The notes beneath the pieces were generated by a model. The model did no database searches, had not been told where the DNA came from, and worked only from the letters and a program-made list of their open reading frames with translations. A stretch of 64,000 bases of DNA from Camelus ferus (Eukaryota), in assembly GCF_009834535.1 (NCBI RefSeq), contig NC_045697.1:97032001-97096000 (forward strand). The letters are read 5' to 3'. The translations under genes and the position numbers were made by a program. Shown in pieces: positions 40,898 to 54,871 of this stretch (its first letter is position 1; each line of letters starts with the position of its first letter).

Positions 40898-41517
40898 TCT
40901 GGTGCTGCTCTTCTTGGCCAACCTGAGGTATGACTGCACTGGTCCCATGAGAGCAGATCATGATGGCAGCCCCTCTACAGGATGCAAGCAGCAAATTTTG
41001 GCAATGTCTGCAGGACTCCAGCTCCACTAGCATGGACTACATTGGTCCCAGGGCCATCGCTGCCTCCGTTAGATTTCAAAGCATAGGACTTCCCAGCACA
41101 ACCTTGGGCTTAGAACTCCAACTCTGGAAATCCTTGGAGCCCAGAGAACTTCTCGGCTGTCCTATTGAACTATGGGGATAATAATTGCCATTTGTGCCTT
41201 GAGGATTAATGTTGTTAGATTTTGGACTTACTGGAACCCATCACTTCTTTCTTCTTTTCTGCTTCTCTTTTTGGGAATGGGAATGTCTATCCTATGCCTG
41301 TCCTACCATTGTATGTTGGAAGCATGTAACTTGTCTCATCTCGTAGGTTCCCAGCTGGAGAGGAATTTTGCTTTAGGATGAATTATATCTTGAGTCTCAC
41401 TCATTTCTGACTTTGATGATACTCAGAGGAGATATCAGACTTAACAGGGCTGTTGGGATGGAATGAATGCATTTTGCATGCAAGAGGATAGTGAACTTTG
41501 GGCGTCCATGGGCAGAA
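40898..41517 (+). mobile_element. MaLR internal region, 3' part
   Basis: tagatttcaaagc and gggaatgggaatgtctatcctatgcctgtcc motifs. Ends in purine tract gggcagaa abutting LTR B. Confidence 0.85.
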
Positions 41518-41856
41518 TGCCATAGACTGAATATTTGCACCTGCTCAAGTCATATGTTGAAACAATCCTCAGTATGATAGTATTTGGAGGTGGGGTCTTT
41601 GGAAGGTAATTTGGTCATGAATGAAATTAGTGCCCCCTGTAAAAGAGACCCCAGAGAGCTCTTTAACCATGTAGGATTACAGATAAAAGATAGCCATCTG
41701 TGAACCAAAAAGCAGGCCCTCGCCCAAAAAAGAATCTATTGGCACCTTGATCTTGGATTTTCTAGTCTCCAGTACTGTGAGAAATAACTTTTTCTTGCTT
41801 ATAAGCCACACAGTCTATGGTTATTTTTGCTAAGGTAACCCAAATGGACAAAGATA
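41518..41856 (+). mobile_element. MLT1A-type MaLR 3' LTR (copy B)
   Basis: tgccatagactgaat...aaagata. Colinear with copy A. Confidence 0.92.
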
Positions 41857-42054
41857 GCATATTAATTTAAGCTTTTTTTCTTTCAGAAATTAATTCACCA
41901 TTACTGAGTGAGCCTAAGTATAACATTTTCTTGTTGCATAATTAATTTAAATAAAGTTTCTGTATGATAGACATACAAGAAAAAAGATACTTAGAAATTA
42001 CATGACTTGGTTGTTATCACAATTATCCCAAAACAAAGCAGACATGAAAATTAA

Positions 42055-42540
42055 ATATATTGAATTCAGGCCCAATTTTCCATATATTGTCCAGTATATG
42101 ATCTTGGTTAAATTTCTAGATTTATGAAAACCTCAGTTTTCTCATTTGCAAAATAGAAACTGTCATCCCTACCTCATAGGATTATTTTTAAAACAAGAGA
42201 TAACAAAAAGTAGCAATGTGTCTCTCCTATAAAAATGTTCTGAAATTATTAGCTATTATGGATTATTATCACCTTGCAAACAGAAGGGTATATGGGCATC
42301 AAAATATGGGAGCTTGATTTGTGAAACTTACAGTCAGGAGACTGAGTTGGAATCTTAGTCTTACCACTTATTAGCTATATAAGCTTGAACGATTATTTTA
42401 CTTCTGAATGTTGGTCTCCTCTTCTCTAAAAGAGGCAAAACTGTTTGTCCTGCTACTACAAAGGATTATTTTGAGTGTCAAATAAAGTAAGGATTATAAG
42501 AACATATGTAAACTATAAAGTTCTATAAGATATGAAGTGA
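42055..42540 (+). mobile_element. Two adjacent MIRs
   Basis: cctcagttttctcatttgcaaaatag...cctacctcataggattatt and agtcaggagactgagttggaatcttagtcttaccacttattagct. Confidence 0.8.
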
Positions 42541-42924
42541 ACAACAAAAAGTCAGAAAATTGGAGAACAATTGAAGCCTTTTAGAAGTTGTAAGTTACCT
42601 AAAATAATGACTTATTAGTTATTTTAAGGACCAATAAATTTTCTGAGAAGGCTTTGTAAAATTTCTACCCAACTTATCTTATTTGATATCAATAATTCCA
42701 ACACCAAGAGGAGAAGTTTAAAAAAATTCTGATAAAGCAAAATATGTGCTGCTTGATTAGGTACAGAAGAATCACAACTTGCAAAGTAAACAAAATACAG
42801 TTTTGTTTGTGTCCCCACTACCCTCACTGCATCTTAAAATTTATTCAATATGGATAATTTTCACCTGCCCCTGGATGAAAATTTAGCGTACCTACAGCTT
42901 TTCCTTCATAGTTGATAATATCTT

Positions 42925-43950
42925 GCCCTATGGTAAATTAAATCTGAAATAATTTCAATTTTGCAATTAGAATGGACAATACCAGATATAAATCAAAACT
43001 CAGAACTTGATTAAGAGATAAATCTTTTCCTCTCTCCTACTTTAGACCTACTTCAAGTTAAGTTTTGTCTAGAAGAGAAAAACAGTCATTCTTTTCACCC
43101 TATCCTTTTTCTATCTTCCTTCAACTGTTTTTTGTTGTCATTTTGCCGATTCTCAACTCCCAGTCAGGAGAAGGAGGATGTATAATAGAATTAGTTGGGT
43201 TCACTCTTAGCTGAGTACCTTGGCCATCCCTGGCCCTGGCAGATGGTTAAAGCTATACTTTCTTCTGAGTGTTATCTACTGGGCACCTATCTCCCAAACT
43301 CTCTTGACCACGAAAGTTGCATCATCATCTTGAGTGATCATTCACAATTCCTTCTTTAGCTCTTGCGTGTCCGGCAATTTATATTCAAGCTCTTACAAAT
43401 GAGGGCTCCTTGCCCATCTGGGGCTCAGGGAAACAGAAGCCCAAATAACCCCAAATCCCTCATCAGCTCTCTTCTTTTGAATTCAGATCTGCCCCATGTA
43501 AATAAATACTTGCCTATCCCTTGACCTAGTAACCTGACAGAGCAGACTTCACAGGATGCACTACCCTCCCTGGCTCTGCCACCAAAGAAGACTCTATAAA
43601 TCCCCCAACTAAAATCAGTCTCTGGCCCATGATCTGCTTCAGCCTTTTCACTTTTGTCAGGAGGAAGTTTTTCATCTTTCCGAGTTGCAGTACGTAGGTC
43701 AACATTTATCCAGCAGTTCTACTGGCTAGTTCCTCCTTAGGCTGAGGTGAGAAGGGAACATCATTCCCGCCACTCTGAGACTCAGAGCATGGCAATCCTT
43801 CCCTGCAAAGAAGTTTCTTTCCTAACCCAATGACCCTTCCTTTATATCTTTGAGCTGGCTATAGGTTTTAAAACAACTTTCTTTTAAATCTACATGAAAA
43901 TGTCTGCTTCATGTTCAGTGTTGATATCTGCTATTGCATTATAGACTTTG
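42925..43950 (-). mobile_element. Ancient long LTR (LTR78-like), tentative
   Basis: GC-elevated 1-kb block with ctctgagactcagag...cctaacccaatgacccttcctttatatct, reminiscent of LTR78. From memory only. Confidence 0.4.
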
Positions 43951-43983
43951 AGATACCAAGGAGTTAATTCAGCATCCTGTTAC

Positions 43984-44101
43984 CTGTGGATAATCCTGCT
44001 GGCTGTGCATCTAGAGCTGCTTGCAGGTCCTCAAGTATCTCCTCAGGATGAAAGGTTGTGTCATAAGGACAGTTTAGGCCGTGTTTATGAAAGAATGTCC
44101 C
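43984..44101 (-). CDS. Candidate internal coding exon (118 nt), GTFFHKHGLNCPYDTTFHPEEILEDLQAALDAQPAGLST
   Basis: Acceptor catatttctcttag|GGG and donor CAG|gtaaca. Only one frame is open (phase 0 start, phase 1 end). GC-richer than flanks and not repeat-like. Confidence 0.8.
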
Positions 44102-47100
44102 CTAAGAGAAATATGATATGTTATCACAGCAAGTCTGCTAAAATGAGCAGACTATCCCAAGAACTAATTTTCTCACAGAATAGTAGAGACTTCAAAACGA
44201 AGAAAGTTCAGTAGAAGTTTCCAGAGTGGATGGTAGGAAATATAGTATGTATATTATTTGTAAGTGAAGTCTGTATGGCAAAAGTTAACCTTAGATTATC
44301 AATTGAAAGCTTGGTTTTCTTTTCAAATTCTGGAGGATAGTAATTGGTATCTTCTTTCTTTGTGCTACCAAGAAGAACATTTTATAGTACCACAATGAGC
44401 TATTATGATTTTAGGAAGGTCTTACCAAACTTGTCTTGATGTTCTAATTTTATTTTATCCTTTATTGGATGTTTTTACAAAAGAATACTTGCAAAACAGT
44501 GTCAGGCAAATAGTAAAGAACAATAGCAAATATGCCTAGGAACAATCTGTGCTTTATAAATGTGTGAGAATGGGAGTTAATATTTCTATCTTGGACATTC
44601 ATTAAAATTGTGATTTCTGAAAGGGAATAATAACTATGTGAATATAGAAAAGGTTTGATTAACCAGGATATGTCCCCCATTTTTCATACAAAACAGCAGA
44701 GGATTAAAACAATACTCACTCCCAAGTCAAATAATGAAGGCTGGATATAGCAGGGGGTGTTTCATGAAACTACTGAAGCCTACCTCTGAAATTCAATGCC
44801 TCTCTAAGATTAAGAAACTACAGTAATTACAGTAATGATGAGGTCCTTAGGAGGAGTCCAATAAGAATTTCTTCTAACACATCTGTTCATTTACACATCA
44901 AATAATGACCATTCTCAACATCCTTATCTGTGAAAAATATCGTATTATAAGAATTTAAAAATGAAGGAAGTGATGAGAACTATGAGGTTTCCTACTTGAG
45001 TTAGAACCTAGGTGCAATAATGTATAATAGGAAAGTTTTACAAAACTGAATATGAGAAAAATAAAATAACTCTTCTGCACAAAGGTAGCTTTTACCCTAA
45101 TCCTTTCTACAAATGGTTACAAATCCCAGAGAGGCCAGAAATCTGTGAAAGGTGAGCACAATAAACACTGAAAACCACTGAGTTGATCCTGTCAACACGT
45201 ACACCTCGCTGGTGACAATGACTCTACACTCTGCTTGAGCAGAACCCAGAGAGCACAAAAAGTAGAACACACTTTTAATTTTGTAGCCTGGTCACAGTTT
45301 TCTTGAAGAAGACCTCAAGTCTTTCCTTTGAGAATAGATTTTATGTCCCAAGTGCCACACCAGCACTTTGCCCTTCACTTCTACTTTTAACTACTTAATC
45401 CAAAAGTCATTTTCAGATCAAATGGAAGACTGAAAATAAATAGCACAGATAAGGGAGGACTGATTATTAGGGATCATTTGTGCAGAGGGAATGACTCCTA
45501 GAAGCTCTCTTTTCCTTAAGAGTTCCACTAAAATTCCTTTCCAAATTTTCATTAGTCAACATAGAAGCAATCAGAGCAGCCTTCATAAAGTTAGGGACTT
45601 CAACTATTTTTCAATTTGGCCTCCTCTTGATGTTGGCAAAACATCAATGAGGAGATACAGAAAGCAAGAGAGTAGAAAAGCCCAACTGAAACAAGCAGCA
45701 GCAAGCATGTGTTTGAATTTTTTCTTTGCTTGTTTGTTTGTCCTTTTTTATGTTCTTGTTTCTGAAATAAAGGAACATTTTTCATTGTTTCTCAGTAAGA
45801 AACACAGAGTAAAGGCAGAGAGAAATATCCATGAATTAACACAAAGAGGGCTAACACAATAATTAAGGTGAAATCATTCAGGACAAGACACAGAAGATAG
45901 AGTACAACAGGGCAAAATAAACAGAAAACTTTAGGAACCAAACCTGAAATCTGACTTCCTCATTACACGTATCTAGAGTAATATTTATCCTTACTAAGGA
46001 AACAAAGTAGATGGAGGCACTAAATTATATAGTTGGCTATCTGAATCAATGTCACAGCCTTTTGATAAAGTTGTGTCATTTAACCAAAGTGTCATTCATA
46101 GTTTTATTCAAGAATTTCTTTCCTTTTCGTAACAACCTTGGCTAAAGCAAACAAACAAAAATCATGATACAGAAATTCTAAGAATCTTTAGGGACCGTTC
46201 ATCATCCAAGACAAGGACTAGTTTCACTGGCTAACATAAGTAACTCAGCCTTACCAACACATGCCCTCAATCACAATTTAAACTCATTCTTCACTTTAAA
46301 AATATGTCTAGTGAATTATTATTGTTCTTTCAGTGGCAAAATAGCAAACAGCTGTGAAAAAATAATTACATTCCTTTCAGGCTTACTCTTGGCTTTGATC
46401 TTAAATGATCAAACTCTTGAAGAGGACATGTGCAAATATTTTAGACTTAATATATAATATCCAATTTCTTCTTAAGAGAGAATAGGAAGTTAATGGATAC
46501 AATTCAATATAATTATTTTAGTTTATTTTTAATTAATGAAATTGCCAAGCAATCCTTCTTGAAAACCATTGTTACAAGTCCAGAGAGTATAACACCAATA
46601 GTTTCATTTTGATTATTAAATCTTATAAAAATGTTAGATCTAGTTTCTGTTCTCAGAAGATAGGATTTGTCTCTTCTACACTATTAGATTTATTTATTCT
46701 TATTACCTTGGTTCTTTCAAGGTAAAGATGAAAGAGGTCAAGTCATTTTGGTGAACACAGCTGATGAAATATTCTAGGTATACACTGTTAAATGAGAAAA
46801 AAAAAAGAGGAAAACATCTTAGCAGGTCTCATTAAGAATGCAAACATCTTTCAGGGAACAAGAGTGACTTTACTGTTACTGTGACACAGCATATCTTGGT
46901 TGTTTGCTCGCTTTCCATTTCCTACTAAAGATTATTGTCATTACTTCAAACACAAAACTCCTCAGTGAGCTCTAATTGTGCCTTAGTCATTTCCCATATA
47001 AGGCATATCTGTTGGACAGTGTTCTTAGACCTTGTAGATGGCTAATTTATAGATAGTTGACTATGATGCAAGCCCTGATTTCTTCTCTGATAATTTATAA

Positions 47101-47249
47101 ACCTGAGGTGTGGCATTCATATAATGAAAGGCACAGTGGCCTATACATAGGGAATTGTCCACAACCGATTTGCTGCCCCATAAACTTTATACCTAAGTTG
47201 TGGATGGTCTTACACCACTAGCCTTCCAGTTATAAATACTCACGGACAG

Positions 47250-47960
47250 AATACTCTGCTGCAGTCTCTGTGATGGATGCACTAAATACAAAAACACATA
47301 GAAATCTTGTCCTCAAAGAATTTATGAGGATAAAGAAAAAGGCACATAGGGAAAAGATTACAAACACAGTAGGGAAAGGGGGAAATGCTAACAGAGGTAT
47401 GTATGAGATAAAAATTTGCCTTGACTTAGGGAAATTGTATGGAGAGCAAGATGGAAAGAGGTAGTCTAAGAAAGAGTCACAGTAGTGATAATATTTAGAG
47501 AAAAGGGTTGGGGTATAGGGGAGGGCCTGTGGTTGGTATGGAAAACAGTCATCTTAGAGATGATGATTTCAAAGAAATTCAAATGGCTTCTATGGATGGC
47601 AATTAAGATACAGATGAAGAAAATGTGGAAGATGAACTTGAAAGCATGGGTAGAATGGAGGTGTTGATAATCCTTGTATGTAACATTAAAGGACTATTGT
47701 TTTTTATCTACAGGAATAGGGGATTATCAGGATTTTTAAATAGAGGTTCCACAAATATATTGTTTGGCTTCTCTTTAGTAACCATCTTACTCATACCTAA
47801 ACATTTCCACTCACTAATTACTACTCTCCTTACTGCCCTCTCCACGCACAGGGACAGCCTACATCTGAACCTTTATTCCAATGATGTGCTTTGCCTGAAA
47901 TTCCCACACTATTCCTCTCTTCCAGTCCAAGTCCTGTATTTATTTCCAAATCTAACTTAA
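47250..47960. mobile_element. Decayed L2 fragments
   Basis: Purine-rich antisense L2-like tract (cttgtcctcaaagaattta, ggactattg...aggaataggggattatcaggatttttaa) followed by a short sense-like piece. Confidence 0.55.
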
Positions 47961-48629
47961 TGGAATAACTTAAATGGCATGCTCTTACCTTTCTTTCTTT
48001 CTTTCTTCATTCCCCCAACATATTTTTTTATCTTATAAGTAACTAATGCATACATAGGTAAGTGAGAACAGTGTTGATACTTGTGCTTAGCAACACTGGG
48101 TGTTTATTATACTTGTATGCAATATGCTTGTTTATTTAATTTTCATATTGTCTGGAACAACTCTACACTTCCTAATCAGAATCTTTGATGGAATAACCAC
48201 AGCATGTTTTGTTTTGTTTTACTGCTTTTTAATAAAAGAATAACTATTGATTCTGTTGCAAAATATCAGTGTAAGTAACCATCATGTAAATGTTTCCTTC
48301 TATATAAATGTACACATCAAAAACAAAAATCTTTTTTTAAAAGTCTTTAAAAACTATATAGTCTAATTTTTAAATTTTATATGTCTTCTCAGGTTTATCA
48401 CTAAATAAATTATAAACTACCAAGGAAAGAGAACAATTTTACTTTTTTATGTTTCTATGACCCCTATGAGTATTAGATATACCTTTGTCTTAAATTATAA
48501 ATCTTCATGTGGCTTTTTCATTCTGAATAAATACTTCCCTCTATTCATGCAGTACACATCAAGTCTTTTGAGGCAGTGTCATCTTTAAGGTTAAAAAATA
48601 CCTTTGTTTGAGTTTATCCACGTGGGAAT

Positions 48630-49245
48630 TATGACAAAAACAACAGTATCCTGAATCCTATTGTGTGGGCTGTACATAGTGGCTTCCTTCCAAAGGGTAT
48701 GGAAAGAGGGAAAAATAGTAACTTTACAGTGACTAATCCTGACAAACACTACCTCAAGCAGATGCTCAAGTCAACATCAACAGCTATAAATGATGCTGAT
48801 AGTATGTACCCTTGATATGAAATGGTTCTTTACCATTGTGGTCTTCCTCCTAATAGTCTACAACCTAGCCTTATAATGATAAAACCAACAGACAAATCCC
48901 AAAAATGAAGCATCCTACAAAACAGCTAACAAGTACTCGAAAACAAGGAATGTCTGAAAAACTGTCACAGTCAAGAGAAGCCTAAGAACACAGGACAACT
49001 AAATGTAATGTGGTATCTTAGATGGGATCCTGGAACAGAAAAAGGACATTAGATTAAAAATAAAGAAATTCTGAATATAGTATGGACTTCAATTAATAAT
49101 AATATATTAATATTGGTTCATTAATTTAAATAATAAACAATGCTTATGTAAGAAGCTAATACTAGGGGAAACTAGGTGTAAGGTATATGACAATTTCCTA
49201 TCTTTCCAATTTTTCTGCAAATCTAAAACTGTTCTAAAATAAAAT
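48630..49245 (+). mobile_element. L1MC/L1MD-type 3' UTR
   Basis: gtaactttacagtg...cctgacaaacactacctc, actaaatgtaatgtggtatc, gatgggatcctggaacagaaaaaggacatt and ctaaaactgttctaaaataaaa. Confidence 0.88.
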
Positions 49246-49249
49246 AAAT

Positions 49250-50070
49250 TATGAAAAACAAGTTACAGACTGGGAGAAGATATTTGCAATGCACATAATT
49301 AATAATGAACTAGTATCTCCAAAGTGTTAAACAGAGAGGAAGAAAAGGGGAGAGGAGGGGAGAGAAAGAGAGAGAAAGGCCAAGGGTGTGGGGGGCAGGG
49401 AGGTGGGGAGGAACCTAACAACTAAGAAAGGAGAAAAAAAACTCAGAAAACAATTTGGAAAAATGAAAAAAAAAAAAAAACTAGAAAAATTTAGAGAGTA
49501 AACTGTCTGCTCTCATGCCCACCAATAGGATTGTAACTGATAAAACCACTTTAAAGAACAATTTGGCCATATGAAGAAATTTGGAATGTGCTCTTGCTCT
49601 ACACTCAATAATTATCTCTCACTTTTGCATAAAGAGCTACCTTCATAATGTTTGTTGTAACATTAATTGTAATATTTGGAAAGAAACCAAATGTCTTAGA
49701 AAGTAGAAAGACAAAACTATAGTATGTTTATAAGATGCAGTATTAGATGGCAATTTAAATAAACAAACTAGAACTACAAATAACAATAGAAATAAATCAA
49801 ACTTCATAAAGTTACACAAACAGGGACAATAGCTGAACAATATAATCAGATTAAGATAATTTGTAGAAGTTCAAAAACATGGAATACAATAATTTTATTT
49901 TACTCATACATACCAATGTATTACAATTAGGGGTGAAAACATCAAATTCATAATTAAGAGTACCTCTGAAGAGTGAGAAAAGGAGAGGAGAATGGAATTT
50001 GAGAAAAGTAAACAAGGGAATTTAGTTCAATCTATTTTATTTTATTTCTCTAACAAAAAATTCTGGTAAA
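49250..50070 (+). mobile_element. Ancient L1ME-like 3' fragment
   Basis: cagactgggagaagatatttgcaatgc and ggaaagaaaccaaatgtc, followed by an L1ME-type 3' UTR. Confidence 0.7.
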
Positions 50071-53000
50071 TACCATAGCTACATTCTCCACTTTAAATCC
50101 AACTCAGAACCTGCAGATAGGATCCCAACAATGATTTGGCAGAAGTCAGAAAAACGTGAAGAATCAACTCCCTTGAATCTCTGTCTATAGTGTACAACTA
50201 AGAGAGGCAAATAAAATTTCACATTATCCCTTCCTTTCAAGTTCAGATCCATTGGTTATTTATCCTTTCTCTCCCAGGGATAGCTACTGCTTTCTTGGTT
50301 GTCTCACTTTATGTCCTAAAAACTTGGCTTCATTTTCTACCTGCCTGAGACACATAGGCTGTCAGTTCTTTCTTTTGGCTATCTTTGGGAGGGACTCTGG
50401 ATCTTGGGAAGGTACCAACCTTTTTTAGCCTCTTTGAAGATGCCTCTTGAGTCCATTGAGTCCAGTATCTAATACTGCCAGAAATATTTACTGTTTATCT
50501 TGGCTGAAATCTGACAAAATATCTGAAAGGATTTAATAACCCTATGACCAAAAATTTAGCCAAAGGGTAGCTAATATTCAGAACCTGATATGAATTTTCT
50601 TTTAGGTCTTTTCTTCTAAGCTAAATGTACACGGGGTTAGGGGGGAAGCTTTAGCCATCTGAACAAATAAACTTAACTTATTTCAACTGTTCTTTTAAAA
50701 CTAGTGAGTTCTGTAGTATTGTACTTGATTCATAGCAGAAATTTTAAATTAAAAGTTTGCTTGTATCTGATGTATGTTTACATGTGTCGATATACGTGTT
50801 GTAGATATGTGATAGTTTCTACCTCCAGATGGTATTACTAAAATTTGTAGAAGAAAAAATCTCTATTTAACTGACGTAAAGAAAGTCAAACACTTATATG
50901 AATTAAGCACTCATAAAATTCCCAGAAATATAATAGAAATTTCATCCAAATGCTTTTCAGGTTTACATGGTCAGGGAAAGTATTTGATATTAAAGCCGGT
51001 TTAAGTATCAGTACTGATTACTTATATCAATACTGAATATAATACAATCATCTAATTTTTATTCAACCTGAGTTTGTCAAATAAGTTCATGTTACAAAAT
51101 CTGTATGCAAGAAAAATAACTTGGTATGATTACATTTTCATAAGCAATCTAAACATAGTTATTAAAAACAAATAAATTAAATAGATGTAAGTAGGATAAA
51201 AAGTTTTAGATAAACTTTTAAAAATAGTTTCCCAAAATCTTTTGGTAAACTAGAACCTCAGAGTCTTGCTGAGTTCAGTTAAAAAGTGAATTAAGTTAAA
51301 TTCATTGAATATACAAATTATACCCAACTAAGCTAAAACAATGAAACATTAAATAACTGACCACAGGCTTATTCACTTTTTAATTCCTTTTACAGAGGGA
51401 CTAAAGATATTTGGGTCTCTTAGTAAACATGTGTTATGCCATGCTGAGATTACTTTCTATGAGAAAGCATATGTTTCTAGAAATTATCAAAATTATTTAT
51501 AAAGTTGCCAAGCTACATAATGCTACCATAAAAGAAAGTTCACAATTGTTTACTTCTTAGCTTTCACTGGAAATTAAAGGTTTCTACGGGTTTAAAATGT
51601 AGTATGTGTGGTTAAGGCTACTAGGAATAATAAGAAAGGAATCTCCATGTGCAAGAAAAGTAAGATGCATGTTTTCAGTAAAAGAAGGTATGAGGGATAG
51701 AAATGCATTTTGTTGAGAGAGGAAAAAAAAAAAAGTAACTTTCTCCTAAGAAAGGTTGGTTATTTAAGAATATGAAAGAGAAAAAACATAGAACAAAATC
51801 TGAATGTAAAAAATAAAGTTGTAGATGGTTTGTGGAAAAGGAGTCTTTGGAAAGGAATTTCGTTCACGGTCAGGAATGAGACTGGAATGAAAATTGAATG
51901 AATAAATTTTGCTGTTAAAGGTAAACTGGTATAAGGTTAGAATCCTGTTTTCTCTCTGCTAAAAGAACTAAGTTTGTTTGCACTATTGGGTCTGCGCTTG
52001 ACAAAAGATTATGAAAGGTTTTTCTTTACCTTTTGAAGTAATCTGCCTATTAAAACAAAATAAAAGAAGTCTCTTTTATCAAAATAGCTTCCTATGCTTC
52101 CTACTGTCTTTATCAGGTCTTTGATTATTTAGGAAACAGAGTCTTTTGCTCAGAACTATGTAATCTTCTAAGTTTGCCTGTGAAAAAATTTTTGTCACTT
52201 TGGTTAAGTAGATAATTAAAAATCGTTTCATTATAATCTGTGATTAAATTTAGTCAAGTATCCAAAACCTTTCACTGTTTTTTTACAAACTTCCCAAAAA
52301 TCAGATTCTAAATTAAATTTCTTGGACCAAAAAATAACTTTGAGAATTTTTCAGGGGACCCCTTGAACATCTCAAAAGATTTTTTATAAAAGAGATTTTA
52401 AACTAATTTGGCTTACTTGATATGTTAAATTGCATGGGAAGCACTGTTCAACAAGGAGAAATACTAAGAATTTTTATGCTGTATTTGCATAGCTATATGT
52501 TACAAGTTTTCCAGAGATTGTATGAAATTCCTAGAAATCTGAATCTGATATGTCCTTTTACTATCAGTCATAATTCTGGTTGTTATCTTAAAATGTGTGT
52601 CACAGAAATAACCAAATATTCTTGTCAACTTCATTATAACTTAACTTTCATCAGATCTTCAATTATTGACATTTTTAAGTCTTTTGTCATTTATAGACAG
52701 TTATTGTTTTATTCTGGTGCTCTTACAATAGCCTTCCTGCAAAAGTACTTTATCTTCAAGGAGATTCAAGAAAAAAAAATTGGCAAGTACAAGTTTCTGA
52801 TAACTATAGGATGATAAAACTAAACTGGATAAAAATTTTCAGAATAATGGAAAAAAACTGTATTCAAGCAGAACAAGTATTCATTGCATGGGACTCAATG
52901 AACTGAGAAGGATGATTACAATTTTTATGACTTTTTGTTTGAAACAACACTGGTTCCTTAATGTTTTGTTTTTCAAGATTTAAGAAAGCATTTTCTCTTA

Positions 53001-53884
53001 ATTAATGACTTACAACAATCTGGTAAAATATACTTTTGCAAACAAAAGTGAAACATTTACTTTTACTCCCGACCTGACCCCTGTAATTCTGAAATTCTTG
53101 AGTGTTCTTTTCACAACAAAGTTATTTATTTACATACACTGAATTTACATGCCTGTTCTTGTAACAGGGCAAGTAGAAACACTGATTATATTACCAAGGC
53201 TTTGACTGGAATGTCATTTTTGAAAGAGACGTGCATAGACTCAGATATCATCAGATAGTTTTAAGGAACTAGGTTGACTTATGGAGCCAATAAAGCCCCT
53301 TGGAAAAATTGGCCTAGTATTTTGTCCAGAAGGTTTCAGCAAAACAGTCTAAAAAGGAGCTTATATGCCCACTCACTATTCTTGCTGCACTCATATAAAT
53401 AATCAGGCAAATTTTAATGCAAATAAATTAGTTTAACTATGATTATCTTTGATTAAAATGGGGGTAATCGAGAGACAAAAACTATGTTTGTTCCTTTGTC
53501 AATATTAGATTCTAATCCTGTTGTTTCTGAGGTTTTCTTATATACCTATAAACTGGTATATAACTGGATCCTGAATTATAGTTTGCTCAGATGCCTGGCT
53601 ATGACTCTCTAAAGGAATGTTTCCAATTTCCTCCCACCCTTCAGATTTGGAATCAGTAAGAGCCAAAAAGTGCCCTTGAATCTCCTTGGAAGGGAATATA
53701 CTAAGTCTTCCTTACTAAACTTCAGGGACTTGAATTTGGGTATACACCTGACATTTAGTCCTGTAAAATATTGAAAAACTCTGAATCAAATTGATAAGGA
53801 AGAGAAATAGCTGACATCAATGTAGATGGCTGGATCAAGACTTCATACTTCAGTTAAATAAAAAACCACTTCTTCTCTTTCTTT

Positions 53885-54393
53885 TGTTGACTGAAAAAAA
53901 TGCACAACCTAAAGCTTGAGAGTTATGTTTTATTCAGTGGACTTTCTGAGGACTCAAGCCTGGGAAGGAGCCTTTCAGATCGCTCTAAGAGAATGCTCCA
54001 AAGAGACAAGGGAAGAGTGAGAATATATATGAGTTTTTACAACACAGACCAGATAGTTGGAACATTAAAAGATTACTGTTAATTAAAGAGAATCAGATAT
54101 TACAAGTTAAGGAATTTAATGCTTTTCTATGAATGGGAAGATGCAAAGATCTGGGCTCACTGAAGTCATTTCTTTGATATGCAACTAGCTATCTAGGGCC
54201 AGTATCCTATTCTTTTCATATCCTGAGTTCCCTCAAGGTGCACTGTTGGGGATGGCTATAGAGGCCTGGCTGCCTGTTTGTCTCCCTCCTGAGTTCCCTC
54301 TGCTCACTGTTAGCGGTGGGGATAGTAGCTGATGACTTGATGACTGCAGCATCATTTTTTTACTGATATGGTTTGCAACATTTTTCATTTATA
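53885..54393 (-). mobile_element. MER41-like ERV1 solo LTR nested in the ERV internal region
   Basis: tgttgactgaaaaaaatgcacaacctaaa...gttatgttttatt, atgggaagatgcaa...tctgggctcactgaa and gctatctagggccagtatcc. Confidence 0.8.
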
Positions 54394-54871
54394 TTGCTTT
54401 TTTATACTGGCATTAACCAGGAAAGAAAAACATCATCATCTGTTTCTCCCAGGCCATTGCCAAAGGAGGTAACCTTTCAGATTGCTGGATTTATCAGCAA
54501 AAATTCTGATCTATGGATCACCCTAGTCAATTTCCCTGTCTCTGATTAACACCCAAACGTGGGGAAATTTGTGTCCAGGCTCTACGCAAAGAAAGAGACA
54601 CAAGGCAAAAGTAACCAGATAAAGCTGCAAGTGTGGTCTACAGACCCTTAAATTTTCACTGGCCTCCATGGCTGTCACTTTTCCTGTCCTGATCCACACA
54701 TTCAGATAGGAACAACCTAAGAGACGTATATGATGCCAAGTTTGCCTCCACAGAAAGCAACTTTCTCCCTTGAGTCAGACTAAGTGCCAGTAAACATGAT
54801 CAGAACTCTCTCCCTAACATTAGAAGAGCTATCCAATTCCATGCCAAAGCAATAGCAGCCTAACAACAATA

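Noticed and set aside
43948..44214. 88-aa plus-strand ORF with signal-peptide-like stretch
   Set aside because: Non-ATG start. It is the antisense shadow of the better-supported minus-strand exon.
52422..52814. 130-aa ORF in ERV internal region
   Set aside because: No gag/pol/env motif. Composition fits non-coding AT-rich DNA.
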